A stretch of 64,000 nucleotides of DNA, taken from assembly GCF_001194135.2 (NCBI RefSeq), contig NC_068981.1, positions 118,305,809 to 118,369,808 of the forward strand, written 5' to 3'. The position numbers were made by a program, and so were the translations under genes. Within the stretch, counting starts at the first letter, position 1, and the number at the start of each line of letters is the position of its first letter. The notes beneath the pieces were generated by a model. That model saw nothing but the letters and a program-made list of their open reading frames with translations. It searched no databases and had not been told where the DNA came from. The DNA is from Octopus bimaculoides (lineage: Eukaryota). This document shows positions 37,331 through 50,066 of this stretch, in pieces.

Positions 37331-40300
37331 TTAGATTCACTATTTTTGTTTCAAGCTTGAGTGAGTATCTTTTTGTACGTGTAGCTGAATAACTACGTTA
37401 TCCATTGTGCTTGAATAAAATTGCCCCAAAGACACATGTGAGTGTGTTTGTGCGCGTGCGCGCGTGCATCTGTGCCTGTGTGTGTGTGCGTGCGTGTGTG
37501 CTTAAGAAAATAGTTCGAGAGCAATTAGAGAGCTAACATCTTCCTTTCGTTAATTGAAATTATGAATTAAAAGTATCTGAGTGTTCATTAATTTTAATGA
37601 GTGCTTTCTATTGCCACAGATAGAAGCAAATTATAAATAATGCAATGTTCCACAAATCTTCAGGAGATTTGCATCAATTCGTGCCTCAGTCTTCATTCTT
37701 ATAGTCGTATTTTGTCATCACACATAAAATATGATTTTGAAAGAAATTCTTTGCATTAATTAGCGTTATTAAAATATTTCTATATACTTCTCTGTGGTGT
37801 AGGAATATACTAACTTTAATATATTTAAATTTGAACACCAGGAGAAATTTTTCAAAATAAGGATCCAACCAAATATCTTAAGGTCAAATATATTTTCAAA
37901 ACACATACATGCTAAATCTGTAGTCAAACACAATATAGAGCTGACCTAAAACAATAATTAATTTAGTCGTTGTAGCTGTTCAATTCCCATTAATGCTGGT
38001 TGTTCTCTTATTTCTCTTGACGTAATAAAATATAATCTAGAGAATTTGTGTCATAGCGTCGTTATCTCCATTATTTATCATCAATTCAAACCAGTATATC
38101 ATATTTTAGTTTTGGACGATGTTGATTTTTCAAAACAGAATGCAAAAATACTATGCGGTGGTACACGTGTTTTTTTGTTTTTTTTTACCCTAGTTACATT
38201 TTGTAACCATATATTTGAAATATGCTTCTAACTCCAAGTTGTGAAACATTGATACTCTAAACTAAAAGCAAAACACAGCCATTGTAATATTATTCAGATG
38301 TTATGATTTTATCAAACTACCCATAAACAATCTTTTTAGTGGAGTTTATCTTCTACCCAAATTAATAGGGATTTTTCACAATGTCTCGATAATATTACTA
38401 CATGTATAGAGTGCGGGTTTTAAACGATTATTTGATTATTTCTTTGAGTCTTTTAATTCTTCAAAGAACTGTTTTGATTATATCCTATTACATTTGTCTA
38501 TATGGCACCTTGTTGAGCACTTTTCATTTTCAAGGCGATTTATTGAGTTAATTTTCATATCTAGTGAAATGAAATGTCTTTTTTGGTTTGTTCTTTTAGC
38601 TTTGATATAGAAACACTATTATTGATCTAAAAAGATATTTAACCAAAAATCAGTCATAAATATATCAAATATAACTTAAGTACTGTCTAATTTACTATGA
38701 CAGAAGTTAAATGAAATAAAAATCACGGAAAGAAAAAAACGAAAAACGAACGAAGAAAGAAGTACTCGTAAAAATATAGGCAAATCAATTTTAAAACAAC
38801 CCTGACCACGACTGCTTAAGTGAAACCGTGCTAAATGAGTTCTGTGTAAACTTAGAAAAACTGTTGTATTAGCCTTGGGTATTACATTCTTTATTTTCGG
38901 CTATATAAATAGCAGTAGGACAATCAGTGTTTGTTTGAATCTTTAGAGAGCCAAGCTTTCTAATATTTTAAGTATCGAAGATCCACATACATTACCGACT
39001 TAAATGGTTATACGAACAGATCCATTAAATTTCGTTGGGCCGAATTCTCTACTTCTAAATATGTAGTATTCAGAATCAACGAAATCGCATTAAAATTAAT
39101 AAGTATTTCCTTTTATTGTAGAGCTAAGTTAATTTCAAATCTCTCTACGGTTGTTGACCATAAGAGAGGTAGTTACAAAAAAGTTTCTTTCAACGAATTC
39201 TATCACAATCAGTCCAGGTCACAATTACTATCAATCATTCAGTGAGAAAGATTGTTATCAACACTCCTTTGATTGCCCCCCACCCAAATTTGCAACTGGC
39301 ACGACTATATCATTTGATATAATATATAAAGAGAATTGAAATCCAGATTTATTTACTATTCACCTGAGCTTATGAAAACGTACCTAACAAGAGATAGATT
39401 TATCTTTGTTTCGTATTATTCCTTTTAATGGCGGACATATGAAAACATTTTACTAGTTTGAAATAATACTTTAAACCAAAAATAGTCGCATAACGATAAC
39501 TTCCAATATTTTGGTGTCTCCATTTATACGATTTAGCAAAAGAAAATGGGAGAAGTGGCCATGAATATTTCACAGCACTCACACAATAAGGGAACTGACA
39601 ATCCACCATATAAAAAGATTTCATGCAGAGAAAACAAACAAAAGCAGAACTGCAATACAAAACATTGATTAAAACAAAACACAGTCGTGTAAAAATCTTG
39701 CCAACAGCAAGATGCAGACACGTATCGTTTTGGGCGTAAACACGGGCAGCAAAATTCGAACAGAAAACCTTTTGCTTTGAAAGATTTTGTATATCGAAAG
39801 TTTGGTAATATTGTGTACATTGAAGTGTGACCACATTTCCACAGTCGGTTACAGAGGTACATGACAAGAAAAAAAGTAACTATCACCGTGTCGCCAAGGA
39901 CATCCAAGCCGGCTTATCCCATCCAAATAGTTTTGGTGATAGCGGTAGCAGATGGTTGTATACGGATATCAGCCCATGACCATCGGGAACAAATGAAGGT
40001 ACTGGAATTGTAGATTTGCCCAGCGTAGAAAAAAACGGCGGTAACAAGCACAACAGATATTTGTCTGTGGGACACTACGAATCACAGTTACTCTTCCCTA
40101 CAAACCAACAATAAGACACTTCGTTTCATACCTTAATCTGTACCACTAGCCCATCGACTACTGAGTAAGAGGAGATGATACCAACCGAAAAAGACTTTCA
40201 AACGATTGTAGAGGGTGATGAGATGTGCAACACCAGAAAGAGTTTCCAAAATTATAATGAGGAAGCCCCCAGCAAAGACTGCCACTTTCCGAAAGAAATA

Positions 40301-40924
40301 CCATGCTGAGTACAAGCACTAAACTATACGAGAAAAATGCGCGAAAGGGAGGTTGGGTGAATAAAAATGTTATTGCTAAATAAGATGACCCTTCCAAAAA
40401 ATCCTTAAAAGGGGAGATGTAAGGAATTAGTAATAATGGTACACCCCTCTCGAATGACGAGTGGAATGAAACAGTCACTAAAAGTAAGGAGACGTCGACG
40501 AGAATCCAGAGAGTACGTGTTATACTGTGTTGAGAGTTGTGTCTGTGCTGATATAGTAATTATACTGTGATACTGTGTGGACGTTATAACGATCCAACCT
40601 TTTGAGTATAATAACACCGTACAAACCCCAGTCGTACAGTGCCAGATAGAAACATCCTATCGACGACTTCTTATTTATAACAATATCTACCAGAGTGACA
40701 ACCGTCGTACAGACAGATATACATGCATATTTTTGCATAACTTGTGTAATTATTTCGATATTTTCAAAGAAAATATTTTATGCCTTCCTATATATTACAT
40801 AACTTCTTCCACTCCCACTCCTTTGTGCGAAAGATTGTCCCATCCCACAGATTTTGTAAGCACACTTAAACCTTTCATGTTATTATGTACGTATACATGA
40901 ATGAAGCATGAAATTGATAAATAA

Positions 40925-40980
40925 ATGATGTTATTATTATCATTATTATTATTATTATCATCATCATCATCATCATCACC

Positions 40981-41030
<50 letters not shown>
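40925..41030. repeat. (TTA/TCA)n and (TAG)n microsatellite
   Basis: Direct inspection. Confidence 0.92.
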
Positions 41031-41032
<2 letters not shown>

Positions 41033-41034
41033 CG

Positions 41035-41190
41035 TCAAGCTGGCAGAATCGTTAGCACGCCGGCAAAATGTTTAGCAGCACTTCGTCCGTCTTTACGTAC
41101 TGATTTCAAATTCGCCCGAGGCCTACTTTGCCTTTCATTCTCTGAAAACAAGAACCAGTTTAGCACTAGGGTCGATGCAATCTTTATCTA
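41035..41190 (+). mobile_element. tRNA-derived SINE family A
   Basis: caagctggcagaatcgttagcacgccggcaaaatgtttagcagcacttcgtccg...ttcaaattcgcccgaggcctactttgcctttcat. Confidence 0.85.
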
Positions 41191-41234
41191 TCAATGCTGA
41201 GTTCAGCGCACATCCTCTCAAAGAGAGAAAGAGG

Positions 41235-41235
<1 letters not shown>

Positions 41236-41278
<43 letters not shown>

Positions 41279-41279
41279 C

Positions 41280-41352
<73 letters not shown>
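41236..41352. repeat. (GATA)n(GACA)n microsatellite
   Basis: Direct inspection. Confidence 0.95.
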
Positions 41353-43431
41353 CATATACCTGCATACGCGTGTTGGCACTTATAAATATATGTATGCCTT
41401 GTAGAGTCTGTTGTTGCGCTGTTATTCAGATTCTAGTAACCACATTGTATTCTATTTCTACATTGCTTCCATTTCGTATTTATTCTTCAATACCATTGAA
41501 TATTGCAAGAACATCATCACATCTATTTATCCACGCCCACTCTACTGAAGACAGAACGCTGTTCCTTGTAACAAAAATTTTCCTAAGTGTTCATATAAAA
41601 TCTGATTTATAAATATACACTCAGACTTTTAGCCATAGCTCCTTCATGTCGAAGAATTTTAAAAAGCTCTCGTTGACTATATATTCCTTCTAACTAAGCC
41701 AGTAACCTATTTACTGTATACACTCATCCATGAAATCAGGTTTGAGCAGTGGGGAGAATATGTTAAGGAGTGAATTAGGAAAACTCTGTTGGATGCTGCC
41801 ATTCTTAGATAATAGTTTCCGACTTAAATAAAATCGATAATGAAAAAATAAATTATCTTTTCTCGCCTCATTTTTTTTTATCTTTTCCTTATCTTTTTTT
41901 CTTTCTTCATCGTTTTCGTTTTACTCCTTCTTCATAATCCTCAATGCTTTCTTTATCATTCTCATATTTATAAATAATGTTTCTTTATCATTTTTTAAAT
42001 GGAATAGCTAATCTATGCATTCTAAATAAGGGTTTTATTTTAAAATAGGAATAGATTGGTGTCTGTGAACGAAACTAAAACAAGATATCGATAGATCAAA
42101 TAAATTACTTTAATAAATTGCGGTACTGAAACATTTTGTATTCAAACCTCTAGCGTCAAATGTAGTTAAATACTAGACTTTGTAAACCACATCGAAATAT
42201 TTAATTAAGTGTTGAAAATGTATTCACAAAGTTTCCTAGGTCGGTAACAAATTTAAGTCACGATATATCGAAAAATAAAGAGATGTCTTTATTGCAGAAT
42301 AATTTATTATCGCCAGTAATGTTTAGAAGCCAAGAAAGTGGAACACATTCAATTAATAGACATTTAATATATATTGCTCTAGCATAAGTAGGTTTGGCAG
42401 TTACAAAACTAAAGACGAACCGAACAGGGGAAATCTCACATATTCGTAGAAAATTTCATTAAAAAATTTCCATTTTTCTGAAAGTTATGATCATCCAAAA
42501 GAGGTGGTGGATAAATCTGTATTTATGCTTGTTTATCTTAATTTCGAAAAAAATGTATGAAAAAAACCGCTTTATTTATGGTAAGTTCCAATATATACAT
42601 ATACACATACATACATATAAGAGGGATGTATGTAAAATATTTTTTCTGAATCTTCAGATATTTTCAATATGCTAGGCCACTGGTTTAAATTGATATTAAT
42701 CAAATTTAATATTCAATTTTTCACCCTTATTATTTAAATATATATATATATATATATATATATANNNNNNNNNNNNNNNNNNNNNNNNNNNNNNNNNNNN
42801 NNNNNNNNNNNNNNNNNNNNNNNNNNNNNNNNNNNNNNNNNNNNNNNNNNNNNNNNNNNNNNNNNNNNNNNNNNNNNNNNNNNNNNNNNNNNNNNNNNNN
42901 NNNNNNNNNNNNNNNNNNNNNNNNNNNNNNNNNNNNNNNNNNNNNNNNNNNNNNNNNNNNNNNNNNNNNNNNNNNNNNNNNNNNNNNNNNNNNNNNNNNN
43001 NNNNNNNNNNNNNNNNNNNNNNNNNNNNNNNNNNNNNNNNNNNNNNNNNNNNNNNNNNNNNNNNNNNNNNNNNNNNNNNNNNNNNNNNNNNNNNNNNNNN
43101 NNNNNNNNNNNNNNNNNNNNNNNNNNNNNNNNNNNNNNNNNNNNNNNNNNNNNNNNNNNNNNNNNNNNNNNNAGGAGGAGGAGGAGGAGGCGATAGTTAC
43201 AATAATAATGGTGGTTGTATGAAGTGTTCACACTGGAATTAAAACAACTTTTTATTACTTTTACAGGATCAACTAAACTCCTCGATTTTTTAAAGTCAGA
43301 TTATAAGAAAACTGTATAAAGAATAAAATAGGATTAAATTAAAGAAATATTTGAAATGCTGATCTAGCTGAAATTAATTACGTTGATTGGTAAAATGCTA
43401 ATAATGGATATTACACTATACGTTGTTGAAA

Positions 43432-43514
43432 GGCCTTGTACAATCCCAGGGGCCCTTATGTTCCGTAATTTTTCAACAACACGGACCTTAAGGGGCCCCG
43501 GAATTGAACAGGGC
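43432..43514. other. GC-rich imperfect hairpin (~34 bp arms, 14 nt loop)
   Basis: ggccttgtacaatcccaggggcccttatgttccgt pairs with acggaccttaaggggccccggaattgaacagggc, with a few mismatches and bulges. Confidence 0.8.
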
Positions 43515-44519
43515 TCCCGATAAAACATTTTAACTAGTAAAAAAAATGTAGCTAATTAAGAATATAGGTTATTTCGTCAGAAATTATGCTTTTTAATTAT
43601 ATATAAAGTAAGGTAACATTTAATTATGCATTCATATACCGGCTGTATATATACACAAGACGTAAACGTGATGTAAGTCTTTTAAGAATATTGATTCCCC
43701 CTGAAAGACTTCAAGAGTAGAATAGTGTGGTTCAGCTAATCTCTTTTCCTGTCATTGATTAAGAAATGATAAAAGTATGTAAAGCGAATATGAACTGAAA
43801 ATGTTTAATTGAGAATCTAATGCCAAACGAAATAAATTGTTACGTAGTATCAGGTTGGATATGTAATAGTATAAACGAGAAATAATACGGCAGAAATAAA
43901 TTTTTAAAAATACCCATCAAACGATTTATCTTAATGGAACAAGAAGAGATTTAAAATTGAAAATAAATACATGCCATTTAGAGATAATTGCATTAATTTA
44001 ATTTTACTACCAGTTTTATTGATGATATTCTTTTTACATTCTTTGATAAGAAATATTTAATATTTCAATTATTAATACTTTAATACATAAAATTTTCTGT
44101 TTAGTTTTGTAAAAAGTAAAAGTAAGATAATAGTTTTTCTGTTTGTTTGTTATTTTTTTGTTTTTTGGGTTTTTTTCTAAAATTCAATACTGAAACATGA
44201 AGTTATGACATAAGCGTGTTAAAAATTACTATAAGAAACACGGCTTTAAACGCACAGATGTGGTAAATACAGTTTAAAGAACACATATTCATACACGTTT
44301 CTTCAAAGCTGTCTCTCGCTTTTGAAATGCGCTGTGATGGGAATTTGGTGACAGCTGAATAACTTAAGTTTTGATCCACCGACCTTTACACACAAGACCC
44401 AAGTGGCTGAAATTGTGAATTTTAGACGACCAGAATGAGCGACACATTATTCACTTTGCCTTCGTTTTTTTTCGAAGCTATCCCTCCTTACTTTTACAAA
44501 GTGTTAAGTTCTCACATGA

Positions 44520-45400
44520 AGTGAACCTATTCTAACAAATCGGTCGCACGTTTTCCTAACTTTATCTCAGCAGTGTTGAGAGACTTCAAGTTTTGCTTTA
44601 GCTAATCCTCGAAGTCTTTCTTTCTTTCAATCGACAATAAAAGATTAGTTATGGGAACCAGTTATCCGTGATTCGGGCGAAGTGACTACTGATCTGAGTT
44701 GTTCTTTGATGGCAATTGTGTTTGTTTGGCTCTCCTAGGAATGATTATATCCTTCCGATAATCTCAACTAATTCGAAGAATCCTTCGGAATCATAACTAA
44801 AAGAATTGATCCAACGTGTTCAGATTCATAGAAGAGTGTTAGAACAATTTCAACCTTGTAAGCAAACAGTTTGTATCGTTTCTGATAAGTAACTTCTTTT
44901 AAACTTGAGTTGGTTTTTCGGCGAAAAACCGTTCCGGCACAATGAAACTGTTCGTGTCTTTTCATCAAGGTTGTATTTAGAAGACAGAGATGTGAGAAAT
45001 AGATTTATAAAAAATGTCTTTGTACAAATCGAAACACAATGTTTGGAGACTGAATGTTCCGAATCAATTCTTGATATACTTCAGGCTGAAGTTTATGTCA
45101 TGTTTACATTATGCATGATGCAAAATATCAAGTATGAGCTTTAGACGTAAGACCGAGTATGAGATGGTGCTATTGTCGTCCGATTATTGAATGCCTAGAA
45201 GCACTGATAAGATTTTCAAATTTTTCGTCTGCACTAATACAACTGGAAAGCTTTCTTCTTGTTCGATGGATGATTGCAATATTAAGTTGTTACATGAGCA
45301 TCTTCTTAAAAAAGAACGATCAGTGTAGGTACGCTGATGGATCTTTGCTTTATGCAGGTCTTGAATCGAAAAGTGTCAGCTAATACATTAGATATATATA
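44520..45400 (-). mobile_element. Probable decayed Penelope-like element C-terminal region (RT thumb plus GIY-YIG-like), Poseidon-type layout
   Basis: Minus-strand fragments SSIEQEESFP, ISASRHSIIGRQ, VYQELIRNIQ, KVEIVLT..VGS..MIPKDSSN and FLGEPNKH..AIKEQ loosely follow the PLE order FT.E.E..LPFLD / TSVYRKPT / EL..I / YIGET.R.L..RIKEH. Similarity is weak. Confidence 0.45.
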
Positions 45401-45965
45401 AACATAGTGCATCTGTTCCATAACTTTTGGGGTTGAGTATGGCGAGTATATTTCAGTGGGGATCAGAACAGACATCTAGGTTTGTAACATACATTGTTTA
45501 TTGCGCTTCATCTATTAAATGCTATATATTCCGAGTTTATAGGCATGTTATTCGCATAAATATTTTTTAATTCCTATGTTTTTTTTATATGTCTGCGACT
45601 TTATTTAGTCTCTTATATCTGCTCTTAGAGCTCTTCTAGACATACCTATCGTTAATAAGAGCAGCTTGGTTTCTTCCCTCCTCTACTCTGTCACTACAGA
45701 CTCAAATTACCTACGTCTATCGTTCCCCATATTATGGTCACTTACTTGGCTAGGCCACTCGCTAACCAGTTCTCCTAGCTCTGCTAGTTCATGACATTTT
45801 TTCTTTCAGAAATTCTTTCCCTGCCCATTATAGGAAGAGTTTATTTCTGGCCCATGAAGAGAATTAACAGAGAGCAACAGAAACAACGACCTTTAAAGAG
45901 CACGCGAAGACGCAGAGAAGAGACCATTTCTCTAAACCGATGAAAATGAATATACTATTGTGCAA

Positions 45966-46006
<41 letters not shown>

Positions 46007-47449
46007 NNNNNNNNNNNNNNNNNNNNNNNNNNNNNNNNNNNNNNNNNNNNNNNNNNNNNNNNNNNNNNNNNNNNNNNNNNNNNNNNNNNNNNNNNNNNNN
46101 NNNNNNNNNNNNNNNNNNNNNNNNNNNNNNNNNNNNNNNNNNNNNNNNNNNNNNNNNNNNNNNNNNNNNNNNNNNNNNNNNNNNNNNNNNNNNNNNNNNN
46201 NNNNNNNNNNNNNNNNNNNNNNNNNNNNNNNNNNNNNNNNNNNNNNNNNNNNNNNNNNNNNNNNNNNNNNNNNNNNNNNNNNNNNNNNNNNNNNNNNNNN
46301 NNNNNNNNNNNNNNNNNNNNNNNNNNNNNNNNNNNNNNNNNNNNNNNNNNNNNNNNNNNNNNNNNNNNNNNNNNNNNNNNNNNNNNNNNNNNNNNNNNNN
46401 NNNNNNNNNNNNNNNNNNNNNNNNNNNNNNNNNNNNNNNNNNNNNNNNNNNNNNNNNNNNNNNNNNNNNNNNNNNNNNNNNNNNNNNNNNNNNNNNNNNN
46501 NNNNNNNNTTAACATGAATTGAAATCTGGTGAAGAGCAACAGCAGTAGCCAAAATACTGAAATCATAGGATTAATAAATACTTCTATGTGTTTCTACTTT
46601 GTGTCTATTGTATATATATTTAAGAGCGGTGATGTCCATTTACTTATTTTGCTTATAAATCCTATTTATTTATTTATTTATTTATGTGTTTCAGCCAAGT
46701 GGCTGCGGTCATGCTGATGCACCACCGTGAATATGCAGAATATTCATAAATTATATCTTGCTCGTATATTAACTATATTCCTTTAAGGATTTAGTTTTTG
46801 TGTGACTCCACGCACATTTCACAAACCGGCATTAGTGATGTCTGCTAATGTTCGTTTGTTGCAAAACAAAGTTTTTGTTGTGAATTTTATAATTTTTTGT
46901 TTTGTTTTGATTTTTATTGTCAAGTTATAAAAGAATTAAGCAATTGCATAAAAATGCATTGCTAAAAGTACCAAACCGCGAATATTTTGCTATACTGAGG
47001 CCAAATTTCGTATTGATAAATGCGAAGAAACATCTTCTTAACCAAGTTTCAAAAAATACTTTACTGAAACAAAACGTGGGAGAGCGTGATAAATATATGC
47101 AAGAAAAGATATGATAATATAAATATGTAAAAACGTGTACAAAGAAGAATGCAGGAAAGCAAAGATCCTCAACTTATACTGCAATGCAAATGTTTAGGAT
47201 TATAGAAGAATTTATAAACTCTCAAACAATTGCTACGGAAAAAAGAAATAATTTAGAGTAAATAAACATTTGTTGTCTTGGATAATAAATATCGTATTAA
47301 AACTCAGTTTATGCATTGCTTGCTACTTCCACCATGTTTTCTCTTACTGCATTTCGTGTAAACAAAAGGTTATGCGTATGATGGTTATGTATTTATGTAA
47401 ATCTATGAGTTTGTGCTTGTAGATTATTCATGCAATTATAAACACGCCT

Positions 47450-47487
<38 letters not shown>

Positions 47488-47649
47488 GACATAGAAAAAG
47501 AGAGTCAGAGAGCAAAGAAGAGTAAAAAAGAAAGACAATTGGAGAAAGGGAGACTTCATTTTAGACACAAAATCATGCGATTTTTCTTTGATGGAATAGT
47601 ATGTGCCTATTAATATTACTAATTCTGTGAAAGATTCCAATTGATACCA

Positions 47650-48030
47650 CAAAGAAAAGATAAATGATAGAGGACTTCTGATATGTTTTTTAATGTACTG
47701 CAATACATTTTGCTTAGACTAACTATTCGTAGAAAATCTTTCTATACACACACAAACACACACACANNNNNNNNNNNNNNNNNNNNNNNNNNNNNNNNNN
47801 NNNNNNNNNNNNNNNNNNNNNNNNNNNNNNNNNNNNNNNNNNNNNNNNNNNNNNNNNNNNNNNNNNNNNNNNNNNNNNNNNNNNNNNNNNNNNNNNNNNN
47901 NNNNNNNNNNNNNNNNNATATATATATATATATAGTCACAGGAGTGGCTGTGTGGTAAGTAGCTTGCTTACCAACCACATGGTTCATTCCCACTGCATGG
48001 CACCTTGGGCAAGTGTCTTCTACTATAACG
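47650..48030 (+). repeat. Local duplication copy A (unique flank, CA/TA microsatellite, SINE B head)
   Basis: agaaaagataaatgatagaggacttctgatatgttttttaatgtactgcaatacattttgcttagactaac...ggtaagtagcttgcttaccaaccacatg matches 49515-49710. Confidence 0.85.
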
Positions 48031-48210
48031 TAATTTATATTTTCGATTGCTTTTACATGATTTTTACCCCTTCACGTTCTATTTTATTTCTCGAATATCC
48101 TGTAGTCGTTTCCTACTCTTGACTCTATATTCATACCCCTCGAAATGTAAAATGGTGTTGCAGTCACAAGTCCAAGGCTAAAATTCCTTTCGATATTCTC
48201 ATCATACTTA

Positions 48211-48415
48211 AGGCGACGAACTTGCAGAATCGTTAGCACACCGGGCAGAATGCTTAGCGGTATGTCGTCCGTCTTTTCGTTCAAAGTTCAAATTTCGCCG
48301 AGGTCGACTTTGCCTTTCATCCTTTCGGGGCAATAAAATAAGTACCATTTGGACATTGCGGTCGATATAATCGACTTACTCCCCACCAAAATTCCTGGCT
48401 TTGTGCCAAAAAATT
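48211..48415 (+). mobile_element. tRNA-derived SINE family A, full length
   Basis: aggcgacgaacttgcagaatcgttagcacaccgggcagaatgcttagcggtatgtcg...gttcaaatttcgccgaggtcgactttgcctttcatcctttcgggg...ggctttgtgccaaaa. Confidence 0.92.
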
Positions 48416-48883
48416 TTACACATATTCACATCATATTCAAGCTGCGAGGAGTTAGTCATAAATAACCGTCAGTAATCTAATAATTTTTCTTTCATGTGTT
48501 TACTGGAGACGGCCCGCCCTGCAGTTCCGATATCGCATCGACATCTTCAGAGACTGTGTTCTGAAAGAGCTCACACCAGGTTGAGGAAATGTCTGTTTCT
48601 TTACATTTGAGCGCTCAGTGGATGTATTTAGTTATGCTCTAAGTAATATTAGAGAAAGCAGAGCATGTAGACAGATCTTAAATATTTTGGCTTATATCAT
48701 TTTGCCTCTTTTTATGAGTATGTGCCAATTAATATCACTAGTTCTGTGAAATATTCTAATTTATACCATGATAACAGGGCTTCAATATCGCTGGTAACTA
48801 TTTCATTCTCGATTTAGTCGCAAAAACTTTCTCAAATGTTGGGACCAAAAACAATAATGCAAATTAATTGTTGGACATTATAG

Positions 48884-49030
48884 CTAGGCGTGACTATGTG
48901 GTTAAAAGTGTGACTACTATCTACATGGTCCCGTGCTCAGTCCAACTGTGTGGCACCTTGGACAAGTGTCTTCCACTATAGCTTCAGGCCACTCACATCC
49001 TTCTGAAGGTATTTGGTAAACGGAAATTAA
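48884..49030 (+). mobile_element. SINE family B head fragment
   Basis: aggcgtgactatgtggttaaaag...cagtccaactgtgtggcaccttggacaagtgtcttccactatagc. Confidence 0.75.
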
Positions 49031-49037
49031 ATGAGAT

Positions 49038-49267
49038 CGGCGGCGAGCTTGCAGAAACGTTAGAGCCGGGCGAAATGCTTAGCGGTGTTTCGTCTGCCGT
49101 TACGTTCTGAGTTCAAATTCCACGGAGGTTGACTTTGCTTTTCATCCTTTCGGGGTCGATAAATTAAGTACCAGTAACGCACTGGGGTCGATGTGATCGA
49201 CTTAACCCGTTTGCCTGTCCTTGTTTGTCCCCTCTATGTTTAGCCCCTTGTGGGCAATAAAGAAATA
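49038..49267 (+). mobile_element. SINE family A, variant-tail subfamily
   Basis: Canonical head and core, but the tail reads cttaacccgtttgcctgtccttgtttgtcccctctatgtttagccccttgtgggcaataaagaaata. It lies between the SINE B head (48884) and a SINE B 3' half (~49360-49520), consistent with nesting. Confidence 0.9.
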
Positions 49268-49284
49268 NNNNNNNNNNNNNNNNN

Positions 49285-49324
<40 letters not shown>

Positions 49325-49635
49325 TGTGTGTGCATGTGTGCGTGATATGCGCGTGAGTGTGTGTGTGAGTTTATCATCACCGCTTAACAACCATGTTGGT
49401 TTGTTTACACCCTCACAACTTATCGGTTCAGCAAGTAGAAACAAACTCGAAAATAAGTACATGGGCTTATTTGTTCAACTAAAATCCTGCAACGCCGCAG
49501 TCTGAAGACCAGAACAAGAAAAGGTAAATGATAGAAGACTTCTAATATGATTTTTTTAATGTACTGAAATACATTTTGCTTACACTAACTGTTCGCAGAA
49601 ATGTTTCTATACACACACACACACATATATATATA

Positions 49636-49790
49636 GACGCAGAAGTAGCTCTGTGATAAGTAGCTTGCTTACCAACCACATGTGGCACCTAGGGCAAGTG
49701 TTTTCTACTATAGCCTCGGGCCGACGAAAGCCTTGTGAATGGGTTTGGTAGACGAAAACTGAAAGAAGCCCGTCGTATATATGTATATAA

Positions 49791-49839
<49 letters not shown>

Positions 49840-50066
49840 ACTGTGTATATGTTTGTGTGCCTGTGTTTGTCCTCCCAACATCGCTTGACAATCGATGGTG
49901 GTGTGTTTACGTTCCCGTAACTTAGCGGTTCGACAAAAGACCCCGATAGAATAAGTACTAGGTTTCCAAAGAATAAGTCCTGGGGTTGATTTGCTCGACT
50001 AAAGGCGGTGCTCTTGCATGGCCGCAGTCAAATGACTGAAAGAAGTAAAAGAGAAAAGAGAAAAGG
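49636..50066 (+). mobile_element. tRNA-derived SINE family B, near full length; its head also forms part of duplication copy B (49515-49710)
   Basis: gacgcagaagtagctctgtgataagtagcttgc...agcctcgggccgacgaaagccttgtg...(TG)n...cccgtaacttagcggttcgacaaaagac...ggcggtgctcttgcatggccgcagtcaaatgactgaaagaagtaaaagag. Confidence 0.9.

Noticed and set aside
39690-40470. Non-repetitive, moderately GC-rich block with faint APE-endonuclease-like fragments
   Set aside because: Motifs appear only after assuming several frameshifts, and no diagnostic GDFN or SDH motif was found.
45808-45943. + strand acceptor followed by a ~44-codon open frame; also a minus-strand donor near 45748
   Set aside because: The peptide is unrecognised and the splice signals on the two strands conflict; no corroborating exon.
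48500-48585. Short GC-rich patch translating as WRRPALQFRYRIDIFRDCVLKELTPG
   Set aside because: There is no good acceptor, several frames are open, and I recognise no family.
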